Of a stretch of DNA of 64,000 bases, positions 1-49,800 are shown piece by piece. The position numbers and the translations under genes were made by a program. The DNA is from Lingula anatina (taxonomy: Eukaryota > Animalia > Brachiopoda). The number at the start of each line of letters is the position of its first letter. Position 1 is the first letter of the stretch. The notes below the pieces were generated by a model. The model saw nothing but the letters and a program-made list of their open reading frames with translations, had not been told where the DNA came from and ran no database searches. The stretch is taken from NCBI GenBank assembly GCA_051362555.1, contig CM120644.1, forward strand, positions 3,790,954 through 3,854,953. Direction: 5' to 3'.

Positions 1-1830
1 ACTGCTTCCATGATGACCATTTAAGGGAAAACATGTCACTTGCTGTTCTCAAACTTACAAGAAAGAAACATGGGTCTAACATACAGCCTCAGTAGGCAAT
101 GCAGTCTGTTTGGTAAATTTTTCTGGCAATTTAACAGTTTTTTTGTGAAAATTTAATTTTTCACTTATTGACATTTTCAAGGTGCGACTTAGAACCTCCA
201 CGGGCTTGAAGACCCTTGCTAGTCACATTTTCTGAAAATCCATGACACGTATATTTTATCATTTAAAATTGATGGTCATTATGCTGTTAAGCATTATGTA
301 ATGTTGCATCAAAATAGAAGAAAACACAATATTTGGTGCTGCTGCCATGATGACCATTATGGGAAAACGGTGTTACTTATTACTGTCAAACTTTCAAAAA
401 AGAAACACAGGACTAAAATGCAGCCCGAGTTGGAAAAGCAGTCTAATTGGCTTCTTTTTCTGGAAGTTATACACTTAGTGAAATATTCATTATCTTTTTG
501 GCATATTCATTGTGGGACTCAGAGCTCCTATGGACATGAAGCCTAATGGTAATCAAATTTTCTACATGTCCATGCTATTTATAGTCAATAATCAAAAATT
601 GGTGATAATTATTCTATAATTTATTATGTAATGTTACATCAAAATTGACAATAATCTTTTTGCACTGCTACTGCAAACATTATGAAAAGAAAACTGTTAC
701 TTATTATTATATTTAACTTATAAGAACGATTTTTAGGATTGGCATGCAGTTCAAATTAGAAAGCCAGGTCAATTGGGTCATCATTTTTATTAAATTTATG
801 CATTTTTTGTGAAATTTTCATTTTTCTCATTCTGGCACTTTCTAATTGAAAACTTGAACTCTGATGGGCCTGGAGCCTTATGCTTTTACTTTCATCAGTG
901 TTACCTGTTGTGCATAATTAAAATTTTATGTTGACTGTGCAGTTAAACATAATGTATTATTGCATCAGAATTGGGCAGTCTCCTGTTTTTGTGCATTATT
1001 GTTTTCTGCTTTTCTTAAGGTGTGACTTATGGGCCTGAAGACCTTTGATAGACAAATTTGTGTGGTCAGTCTGTTAATTCCCCTTGGGTATTCACAAGGC
1101 TAATTTCAGTGCTTTAAACTCATTTACCTAATTAAGTAGCCATTAATTGAAATTTCATAAAGCACACTTGTTGATATTTCCCTGTTAAGCTCTCTGCTAG
1201 ATAACATAGTGTCCATAATAAGGAAGCAGTGAATAACAGCTTCATTAGAATTATATTTTTGTTGTTTCTATTTAATTTTTTCTCCAACACTGGCATTTTT
1301 AAGATGTGATTTTTAACTCCCATCCACCTGAGGCTGTGCACATTTTCAGTATTTCCACATAAGCAGCTGTATTGGTATTTATGTCTTTAAACACGATGTA
1401 ATATTATTTTATGCACTGTCATCATTTTTCATATATAGGGACTTTCATCATGTGAATTTTAACTCTCATGGTCCTGACATTGTAATCTTATTGAAAGGGT
1501 GGATTAAGACCATCTTCTGGGTCTCCTGGAAGACAGTCAGATTTTACAGTTTATATTAACGGGTTTCTGTTGGAAGACTATCAAAATGGAGGATGGATCA
1601 ACAAAGATACTTTGGAATACTGTCAGAAAATATCTCTGAATCTGCTCCTGTTATTGACCATGTTACCTGTTGTGCATGATTAAAAATCAGTGTTGACTGA
1701 CTGTGCTATTATAAGCATTTATTATTGCATCAAAATTGACATAATGACCTATTTTGCATCTTTTTTTTTTCTGTTTTTTGTCTGTACATTTGACAGCTTT
1801 GCTGCCTTGTTTTTAGTCTGTGTGAACTTT
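1..1830. repeat. Degenerate ~335-bp tandem repeat array, probably TE-internal
   Basis: catgatgaccatt recurs at ~9 and ~346, a third unit starts near 675, partial units at ~900-1060 and ~1660-1820; inverted homologue at ~50090-50700. Confidence 0.7.
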
Positions 1831-2015
1831 TAAAGCAGATGTATAATTTGTAAATAAATACAATTCTCTACTAGAAGGTGCAAGTATATCTTCCATACCA
1901 TTTTATAAAGTGTAAAAGTTTCTTGATAGAAAATGATACAGATAATTCTGCTTAGCAAATAGACCAAAGCATGCATGCTGCATCTGCACATGGACGCACA
2001 CACAGGTACACATAT

Positions 2016-2048
<33 letters not shown>

Positions 2049-2466
2049 AGCACGTTTATTGCGGTTGAATCTCTTATGTGATGAACAATTTGAAACTATA
2101 TATATATATATATATATATTGAGTTGTCAATCTCCCAAATTGAACTGGTCCACACATATTTAGCTACTGCAAGCATCTCTCATCAGATGTGAATAGGATC
2201 TTAAGTCAGACTCTTTGCTGTCATTGCATGCACATCTTAATAACACAGCGCCAGTATAGGCAGAAAAACAATAAGGCATATTTATTTAATTGCTGCTTAC
2301 TTTGTACAGATGTCTATGTGATGGTGTGTTCTAATGGGATTGGGAGTCTGGGTAAACACCTACTAGTACAGATTTTGCTCTCACTTGACAGTAACCAAAA
2401 CATTAATACTTGTAGAAAATTTGATTCACTCTAGAATGAGTTTGCCATTAAATGAGTGAGAAAAAT

Positions 2467-2499
<33 letters not shown>

Positions 2500-3335
2500 A
2501 TATGTATGTGAGTGTGTGTGTCTGTGTTTATTCCCCTGGGCCAATTTGCTCCCTGACTTAAATTGTTAAAGTGTGTTGGGCTGAGCTTCTTCCCTACTGT
2601 ACACCCAACCTCACTCCAAACTCCCACATCTTTCAACAACTAACCAGATTATTTGAGCCTAATTTAATATACAGTTTGAGCCTTATTTAATATACAACTT
2701 GATCATTCACACATTTGGCAAAGTATAAAATAATATTTCACATTTCCAATAGATTGATTAGAATAGGCATTTAGTGTATCTGGCAGAAACTTATTCTGTT
2801 AGAGTGCACCGAGCGTAGTTGTGTATGAAACATTAAATGGTGTGTAGGTGTGTATGAAACATTAAATGGTGTGTAGGTGTGTATGTACACAGTCTTCAGT
2901 TAAAGGCTTTCTTCTGTACATTCCCTACAAAGATCTTCATCTCCATACTGGATGACATGTTCTCTTATATAGATAATGGCCACATAGCTATTAAGGTTGC
3001 CCATTGAATGATAATAGTTCTCTGTCTCATGTTAGTACTTCTTACCATCATGCCTAGGTTATCTTCCTGGCTAATAGCTGTTTGATGATAATTATAAGAT
3101 GTTCATTGCCAGAGGATTGTTGAAGTGTGTATTTCTGCTTTGCACTGAAGTAGTTGTAATCAATTTATTTTTGTTTGATTAATTACTTTATTAAATACTA
3201 AGATAGATATAACTGTAAATAGAGTTTTGATGTTGATTTTGGCACATACTCTCTTGTGTGTGCGCACACACACACACATACACACACTTGTATATATAAT
3301 TATTGTATGTAACAGGGTATGAATTGTTATTTCAG

Positions 3336-33165
<29,830 letters not shown>

Positions 33166-33383
33166 GTGCTGCTTCCAAGCTTTCAGTTGCAGAAGTGGAG
33201 TCAGATACAGTTTACATCAAGTCCTGATTTTGACCAAAGATGTACATTAGTGGAGCTGTATACTGGTAGACTTGATACTTTTGTAGAAGGTGTTTGGGTT
33301 GGAAGCAACCATAGTGAAACCATGTGCAGGGAAGTATAACGATACTACGAAGCATGGAACAGCGTTCTGTTAATGAAACATGA

Positions 33384-33544
33384 CAGGCCCGTAGCCAGCA
33401 ATTTCAAAAGGGGGGTTCTTTTGCTGAAAAAACCTTTTCCCATAAAAACTTTATGTACCTAGATCAAATTTTACCAAGATTTGACCTTTTCCAGCAAAAG
33501 GGGCGGTTCTTTCGAACCCCCCCCCTCCCCCGGCTACGGGCCTG
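33384..33544. mobile_element. MITE with 5-bp TSD (hAT5-like), copy 2, downstream of the HECW stop
   Basis: CAGGCCCGTAGCC...GGCTACGGGCCTG; TSD catga; inverted relative to copy 1. Confidence 0.88.
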
Positions 33545-34654
33545 CATGACGCATGGACTAGCCTGCTGTAATGGTACAGTGAAGTTTTGCCTTGTCTGGT
33601 ATAATGGTACCATGAAGTATGGACTAGCCAGTTATAATGGTACCCTTAGAATCGAATACAAAGTGCTCAGTAAGAAAATGTGTTTTGACAAAAGTGCCAG
33701 TTATAATTCCTATGATGTCCAGATAATTTGCTGGACCTGGGTCCTCTGGTCTTTTTTAAACTCATATGCAGAGGAAGACTTTAGTTACTGTAATGGCTGC
33801 AGAAATCTCAAAGCTGCTGTTTTTTTTTTAGACAAGGATCTTGGAACATTTTACCTTACAGAGAGAACCCTGACTGAATGTGGATAGGAATGTAGAAATG
33901 AAAAAAGCACTGGAGAAATGAGACAAGCAAAGCACAGTGATGAGATATGTGTTCAGCAAAAATACAAAAAAATGTGCAGTTTTCAGTCAACTGCAAGTAG
34001 CCGTGGATCAAAATCGAGACAAGAAGGCATAATACAAATAGTCACAGTTTAGCTGACTATGCAGAGATTTGCAACGTTCTAGTAGCATTTAGTGTGCAAT
34101 TTGTCCACTTACCTCTTCTATTGAAAGGAAAAATCAAGAATATATTGATAATGCAGGTGCTGCATTACATACATTTGCCATAGAAAATATTTATAGGTGC
34201 TTCTTGTGTTTTAGAGGAAAATAAATACTTATCTGCATGTTGAAAGTTGATATTTTTCCAGTATTGAGAATACTGAATCTGATTCTTAATTTAAAATTCA
34301 TTTTATATTTAGGTTCTTTAGCTTAGTAGGATATTGTTAAACCAAGAGGAATACTGTGATAATCAAATCTATACATATTTATATACAGCTATCAAACAGA
34401 TTGCATTGTGAAGTAACCTGACTTTCATTATGATTGTGTTAGGGATATCTGTTTGACAGATTTAATAATAATCTTTGAGCACTAAAATGTGTACAGGTTA
34501 CATTTTACAGGCTCTCTACTCTCTACTTTAAGTTTTATAACATCTACATAAATACAAAATACATATGAAATGATTACTGGGAAATAGCACAGGATAAAAC
34601 GAGTATTGCTAGTGATGGGTGTATCATTCACAAACCTTCAGTTATACCCGGCAT

Positions 34655-34696
<42 letters not shown>

Positions 34697-36363
34697 AATA
34701 TCTCAATTTTAACTTGTTTGAAAATTCATTTGTTAATTCCTAATGACAGCAGGGTGTTGAGGGATAGAGTGCTATATACACTAAAATTGTCATGATGATA
34801 TTAAAGGTGTAAGCAACAGGAGAAGTCACTCTTAAAAGTGTTCCTGCCAGAATCTACAGTATGTGCTCGTACACGTGCTGTGTTACGGAGGCATGGTTTG
34901 GATCATGTGCAATAGTGAGAATTTTTAAAAATGCAAATGACTTTCTAGAAACTCTTAAAGTGTTAAATACTATGACATCAAATGTGTCATGTGTATCAAG
35001 AGTTGACATAGAAGTCTGACAATACTGCTTTTGTGCATGGTACCTTAAAGCATTTTATATGAAAACGTCATTGTCTTGAAGCTTTATTGTTTGTTTTAGA
35101 TGACATACACAAATGCCTGATGACATCATTTTCATTTTATAGTGTTGAATTTACTGCAGCCTGTAACAATTACTCTTTCTTTTAGCAGAGTGAAGGAAAA
35201 TGGTGGCTCTCAAATATGGTTGAAAGGCAATTTTGAGTTTGGAGTTCGGAAATTTTGGATGACCCAAGGAAAGATAGGTCCAAAGTACTTATCCGTCATA
35301 ATCCCTTGTGCATTCCCTTTAATGCACTTTAAGCTTTTGTGGTGGGATTGTGAAAACATACTGAAAAAGAAGAGTGGAATATGTGAGTGTGAAGAAAAAC
35401 TCATGTGTTAGTAAGATGTAGAAGAATTTTTCCTCTTTCAGCATTTAATTGAAGCTGTATAAATATAAAAGAGAATTAATATTTTCTTTCTTTCTGTATA
35501 TCTGCAGTTTGATTGTAAAGAAGGAAAAATGCTTTTTGCACATTGCCCCAACTAAAATCATTAACTTATTAATATAAGTATGCCGGAGATAAAAGCAGTG
35601 ATAATCCAACATCTCTTCTTATTTCTCTTCAAAATATGAAGTATTATATTGTTACATTGTCTTATGTCTGTGTACAATTTCCAGATGATCAGATGCAAGC
35701 ACATGATAAAATAAATGATTGTTATAAAAACATGTTTATTCTGTCACTAGAATGTAGATTTGTCACAAAGAAAACCATTTTAAGGCGTCACTGAGCTCAT
35801 ACTGTTTTCCTAGTCTAAGTTATTAGATTTTTTCACTTGGGTACTGAGACATTTTATTACAATAGACATTTTCTGGAGCCCCTTTTGAAATATTAAGAGA
35901 AAATACACCACAGTTGAGTTTTATCCTCCTGTACTAAAGTGATTTGTACTGATACTGATGGGCATTCAAAAGAAAGCAATGTGGGATTTACTAGGAATTG
36001 CCAAAAAGTGGAAACTCCCTTTGAACCCTATGTACAAAAAGGCCTGCAGAAATCTGTAAAATTTCACAATAAAGTGTATTGATTGTATTGTATCCTAATG
36101 TCAAAACGTTCACGATAGTCCCTGATATCAGATATAATAACAAAACCGTCTACTACATTGTCTTCTCCGTTCAAGATTCCCATGGCAACGTATGCTTCCA
36201 TGGCAACAACTGAGACAGTTCCATACATTGTTGCTGTTTCTTGTGATCTTCAGTGATCATTTCCTTATATTTGCTTGCACTTACAGACTGATGTAGACAA
36301 TTCTGGCTCCTTTTTCACTTATTGCTATAATTTTTCATCAATTTTGTCCAAAATGTTCAGATT

Positions 36364-43330
<6,967 letters not shown>

Positions 43331-43854
43331 TTTTCTTCTCAACGCGTCTCTCGTGTCACATGCCCATGACTGCATCTCTCGTGAAATAGTGGTACCCGGT
43401 TAAAGTACAATGTCGGGGAGGACTAGCTGGATTATTAGTATAGAAATGGGCAACCTGTGACCGACGCGTGTAGTGATAACGCCGTCCTCAGCACGTAATA
43501 TGTTTGCTGAAGTGGCCGGTAGTACGCCGGCGGGTTACTGATTAACTGTAATCAGATGTTGAACAACCTGACTTCCTTAACTAAGTAACCGTCTTTGGCT
43601 TGAATATTTTCTTATTTAATTTATTCTGTTATCTGTTATGAGACTTAAGTACGCAGTGCTTAAGTGCTTATACTAAAAACCAGTAACGTAAATTATAACC
43701 AAGACGGAAGACATCACAATTATTGGTTGATATTAATCTAAGACATGCGCGAAGTTATCAGGCGGGAGAGAGCGGGTAATACATACATACATATCAGGTT
43801 GGAAGCGGTTGGGGTTGGGGTTAGTTGGGGATGGAAATGGTTGTGGGTTCGTAT

Positions 43855-43966
43855 CAGGCCCGTACCCAGCAATTTAAAAAGGTTTTTTTTTTCTGAAAAA
43901 GTGGACCTTTTCCTTTCGAACCCCCCTCCCCCTCCCCCCCCCCCCCCCCCCCCGGCTACGGGCCTG
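43855..43966. mobile_element. MITE with 5-bp TSD (hAT5-like), copy 3, internally deleted
   Basis: CAGGCCCGTA...TACGGGCCTG; TSD cgtat. Confidence 0.85.
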
Positions 43967-45428
43967 CGTATGAAGGGACTGATACCCTGAGAAAGAAGAG
44001 TTACACGTTTTTTATCAAGTTTTACAATCAATGAAAAATGCTTAATCGAAACTGTGCCACTTTACTGGTGTGATTGATATCATAGGCACTTGGATTCTGA
44101 CCATTTTTCCTAGAAGAAAAAAGGATTTTCAATCAAATGCAGCATGACACAGAACTCGTATCAATATTCAGATGTCTCCCCTACACAACACAAGTTACCA
44201 AACCCTCGTCGTACTTCTGTTACCTATGGGCCAGAATTGTATCTATATATGCTTAGAGTTTACAAAGTGATAAAACGGCGAGGTCAAATGAGATCGATGC
44301 ATGCTTCTAAACATACCACATGGATATAACTGATAGTGCGCATTGGGGGGGGGGGGGGGGGGGGGGGGGGTGGAGAACTTGAAACTGATTTGAAAGGCGA
44401 AAACATTTTACAATGGTGTACCTCGGACAATTTACAAAACCATTAATTTAGTTTTACATCAGGACTTCCTTAAATTATGCCAAGGTCCACATGGTCTAGA
44501 CTTATAACTGAAAGCGTTGGTGGTTAACTAAAATTATACTTTTAAGTGTAAACTTAACTTCAAATTCTCATGGTTCACTTCACCTTAATATTGCCTCTAT
44601 ACTACTGTATATTAACTGTGTAACCATGCCTCTTACTTTTATTGAAGTTTCTTGAAACGCCAGAGGCATGCGAACGGTAGAGGAGTAGTGTACAGGGAAG
44701 CACTAGAGGAAAATTTTAGTTACACCTTTACGACGCGATACGATTCTACGAGCAAAGACTTTAAACCTATTCGCTAACAAAAAAAAAAAAAAAACAAAAA
44801 AAACTGAAAGACAAAAACTCAAATGAGGAGCAAGTTATTTTAAACAACTGAAACTAAAAGGAAAACTAAATCTTGCCATGCATATATCGGTACGAATCCC
44901 AATGGTGTGAGGTAATGGGTCCAGCTGACAACCATAATCTAGACATACATGTAGAATAGACCCAGAAAACACGCTACGCCACTTCATGGTAATCATGTCT
45001 TAGTTCAGTTGAAAATAAACGAAACCTGTGTTCGGAATTTACGAGGGATTCCACGCTTGTAACGACAAACGATATTCTGGAAAAGACGTCCAGATTTATT
45101 GTTTGCTTCTAGCAAGGAGACGGTGTAAATTGCGCAACAAGTGCTATTCGTATGAACAGTACGAGGGTAATGAATAATGCAATAATACTGTAGATCATTC
45201 ATCCAGTGAGCAACGCACAGTTTGCAGGTACATTTCTATTGTCGATTTACATAATTTGTTTAATGGTGGATAAATTGAGATTTAATTGCATTAAGGGTCT
45301 TTGTTTCTTGGGGGCCTATATCATACTTGCATTTGTTTTAATTGCAGTTGTAAATTTCAGGTACGAGTGCATTATCAATTATCATCCTTTGTGTATAAAT
45401 GTGTGTTCCAGGAACACACACACACACG

Positions 45429-45471
<43 letters not shown>

Positions 45472-46279
45472 GGATACATAGTATATATAATAACAGGTCA
45501 TTTGCGTTCAAATTAAAAGTGAACAACTTTGATCACCTGTTCGTGAGACAGCAAATTGCATTTTTATCGAATATACGCATAATATTTAATCTACTGAAAC
45601 TATTCTTATATATGGAATGTTCTAGTCGGTCCTTATAAACAAAAATTTGTTTAGGACCCGCTTTGGAGGACAAACCGAAATTCTCCCCATGGAGCACTGT
45701 GCTGGATAGAAATAGCAGAAAGATTGCAATCAAGTCTTCATGAGATTACACGGACTTTAACTGAGTTTTATCTCTCAGCCTTGCATTTTGGCTGCGGTTG
45801 TACAAATAAAGAATAATAAGTCAGTGTAGAAGTGTTGTTCGATCGTAGCATACAACTGTACCTGTGTAAATGAGTCCAAAAGAGCTGAGATAAGAGATCG
45901 TATAATTAAATACCCCAAATTCTCGTGCCATGCAAAAAAAATTGGCATAATATAAAATACAAACCTACAAAAGCAACCGTTTTCGTTTATCAGCTTCTCC
46001 GTAGATTCATAGGATTCAGTCTCTGGGTCAGACGTATAATCCCGTATAAAGTCTGAAAACTGTTTTTATCCCATCATTTAAAAACCTTAATGTAACGGCT
46101 TATATTTTTGGTAAATACTTCCTCCTTTCCTTCTAAAACATGATAGCAAAACTTGAATTCAAATTTACATTCGATGTCAAGTAGGCTACATATTGCTAAC
46201 GATGACATATCGACAACAGCATGAAATAACAGTCTAGAAATATCCTGTTACACTAGTCTTCCTTGTTGTGTTTATTGAA

Positions 46280-46431
46280 CTGGGCTCAGCATCTCGAAAG
46301 GTTCGCTATGTTGCGCACGTGCGTTAGTGTCTCAATTTTATAACCGATTCTATTTCGAGATACGGGGCCATGGAATCGAGACACTAACGCACGTGCGCAA
46401 CATAGCGAACCTTTCGAGATACGGAGCCCTG
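46280..46431. mobile_element. Palindromic MITE upstream of the SLC22 start
   Basis: Perfect 42-bp arms tctcgaaagg...tagtgtctc / gagacacta...cctttcgaga; terminus tacggagccctg is related to the 39025 family. Confidence 0.8.
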
Positions 46432-46812
46432 AACTACACTAGTACTGCAGTAGGCTTCTTTTCGCCCAGTTTTGGACAAATCTTGATAAAGATTTTTTTT
46501 AATATTAACATATGCTCAGTACAATCAATGTGAGTTTCACGGGGAAGTAAAATATAATATGTTTCGCTATAAACAAACTTTAAGAACATGTACTACTAGA
46601 ACACATATCGTGTCAATAAAACATAAGATAGCATAACAAATGTACATGACAGCCTGAAAGACAAGCTCCACCTGTTATGCTGCTTTATAGTCATTTAACA
46701 TATATTACGTGAAAAACTGTGGTAGTTCAAAGGGTGACTCTGTATACATAAATTGAATGTCAATTCACGACTTCCCTCACAAGATGATTTTTCTCCAAAC
46801 AAGCGAGCAACG

Positions 46813-49800
46813 ATGGAATTCGATTATGTTGTCAAAAACGTTGGGGAGTTCGGGAGGATTCAGTTAATAATGACAATATTTTTTGGACTCACTACAGCAT
46901 CGGTAGCCCTACAAATGATCGTGACAGTATTCATGCAACAAACACCAGAACACAGGTAAAGTAATCACAGGGGCCTTTACTGCTCACGGTGCATGGAGTA
47001 GACACGTGAAGCAGGTTGTTAAGGTCCACTCAATGCATGTGATGAACTCACTCATTTACATATTATGTTTATATAACCAGTTGGCATATTATCATTCACC
47101 TTGCTTCAGTCTTGAATGAATATTTATCATCCTCTGTATAGGTATACCTGATAAGTAGAACTGATATAACTTTCATTCACTTGTAATCTTTTGCATTGCA
47201 ATTAGTATTTAAATGAGTTGCTGCCACTGTGGCATGCGGATAGATTCCCTGGAGATAATGGGTATAAAGGATGAATGTTTGGACCTAATAAAGGACTTTT
47301 AGACTTGGAACTGAATATGTGAGTCCTGTGGTTATATTCCCTCTCCCATGCATCAGTGACAGGTAAAATATTAGAAGAACCTGGGTAGGGTGGAACATGG
47401 ACCCTACAAGGTGTTTCTTCCTGGCTGTATATGTGTATACGCATTCATTTTCAATATTTCGTTACATAGCTAATCTCAGTCCGTAAACAATCTTACACTG
47501 TTATAACATTATTGTTGTTGCGAATGTTACCACAAAATGCATGCGAAAACGTAGGAAAGTTTATTTTAGGTAATTCATATAAAAAAACATGTCCACGGGA
47601 GAAATAAACCGACATACATGTGTAATATATAAACCTTGAACTTCCGCGATACGACCAACAGATTTAATATCTCAAAAGCGAATCAATGACACTAGTCTAC
47701 AGGAAACGATTTATAGCCTTGAAAAAAATTAAGTTTGTTATAAAGATCTCATTTCGGCAAAGTTAAAATATTTCTTGGTTATTATTGGATACTTTAATAA
47801 TAAGCACATTCTCATATCATAGAAAACTGTCAAGCTCGGCCTATTCATTAGCTTCATTGATATTTTGTGGAATTAGAGGCTAAAAAACGCCAAATATCGT
47901 CTTTTGACCTGGTTCTCATTTCGAAGCATGAAGTTTACTTCCTGTGCTATAAAGCATACGATATAATAAGTTCTTATGCGTAAGCTATTTATTAGCTAAA
48001 TTGATATTTTATAGAAATAAGGGGGTAAAAAACCCAGATATCGTCTTGTTGACCTGGCCCGAAAGCATCGCGAATTGCGGATAGGGATATCACCTTTTAT
48101 TTCGAGGGTATTATATGGGGCGAGTATGGGCGAGTTATGGAATCGAGACGCTTGCTCTCGGTCGCAATGCGCGATGCTTTCGAGTTACGGGATCCAGGTT
48201 TCTATATCGATGCACGACGTTTTGTTCGCGTGTTACTGCGGGGAGGTAGACAATAAAAAGCATTATGCCTCTGCTGCGCTGCTCTGGCTCGCATTGAAAG
48301 CATCACTGTTAAAATACAGACTTGACATTTAATATGGAATATTTCAGTTTCTAAGGTATGCCTAGGTAAAAATGCGTTCTTTTTTCAAAAAAACTCCTAT
48401 CTTATATAAGATATGTGAATGGAGAAGTGTGTAGTCAGGTGTGTCGCTACCAATTAACTGATTACCAGGTTTGTTGAGCTGCTGCATTATGTAATATGCA
48501 GTGATTTAATTGGGTAGTGCTCCTTTGGGCAGGTCAAAGCTTGGCTTTGGCAAAGGATGGTTCTGTCAAATAAATATCCATACGTCGGCAACTACTGCAT
48601 AGAAGAATTAGAAATTTGGCATGCAAGTGGTCGGTTTTGCAGTGTGTAAAATGAGCTATGCAGTGCTTTACAAATTTGTTAATCGGTGGCAGAATGGCGC
48701 AAAAAAGACAGACATTGCCAACCAGATAATTGCGCCAAACGAAACTGTCCGCACAGTCTTATAGAGTATTGCCCAGACTGATGTACCTACACAGAGACCA
48801 CACCCAATATACTGAAATCGTACCACCAGGGTACAGGACCCACTGTCTTTCGGGATATGCTGTTGCAACTAAACAAAAACAACCCAGTCCGTTCAGAACG
48901 AGGCGTAAATTGCCACCAAAACGCATTTTTCAAGGCACTTAACGAACACCAAACTGGTTTTAGCAGGTTAAAATACCAGATGTCCTCCGAAGAACCCACC
49001 GTAAACAGCACAACATCGTTGTATGTTTCTCTAATGAATTGGGGACCTTGACCGTTTCTGGGTTGAACACTGAAACCTCATGGCTTTCTTTATTGAGGTC
49101 AGATTTCACCTGTACCGCTCAATTAGTCAAAACAGAGTTTACAGACATCCAGAAGAGGCCAACGACGGAGCGTGTGCCGCATCTAAAGTGACTAAGGCCA
49201 TTAACAGCGTAAGTACTTGGGGTGGATACCATATTGGTGCCAAAACACCAATGGTAGTCATCGACCAAAACCTGAACCAGATCAAATAAAGGAATAATCT
49301 GGGAACCACTTGACTATCATTTGATAGGGGGGAACTTAGGAACGATTTAAGGTTGCACGATGAGATTGCCGGTTAACACACAGCACTTTTAATAGCAGAT
49401 TACTTACAGAAGCAAGGGAATCAGCAGCTACCTTGGTAATCAAAATCGCCATATTTGAACCACATAGACAATATGTGGGTAGGCCATTACTCGCCGAATC
49501 AATGGCCTACATGTCCTACAACAAAACTGGACCTAATTGGACAGATTTTGACCGATGCCTGGAATGTTATTCCAGATTGAACTCTAAAAACATAACCCAA
49601 GGAATGCTTTGCCACTTGAGAACGCTGGTAGCAGCCAGAAGAGGTCAGGCGTAACAGCATCCGTTACTGTGACTAGACACTGACATGAGGGTCCTTTGTG
49701 GAGCGTGTAACTCTTTTACAGACAATAATTTGGAAAATTTGAAGATCCAAAATATCTCTATTTATGGTTGTCGTATAACATAGAATAGGCAATGTGTTTT

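Noticed and set aside
33453-33887. 144-aa ORF after the HECW stop
   Set aside because: Starts inside a MITE and crosses short degenerate repeats in the 3'UTR; no recognisable domain.
43807-43848. TTGGGG-like G-rich run considered as an interstitial telomere
   Set aside because: Too short and irregular; at most a G-quadruplex-capable motif.
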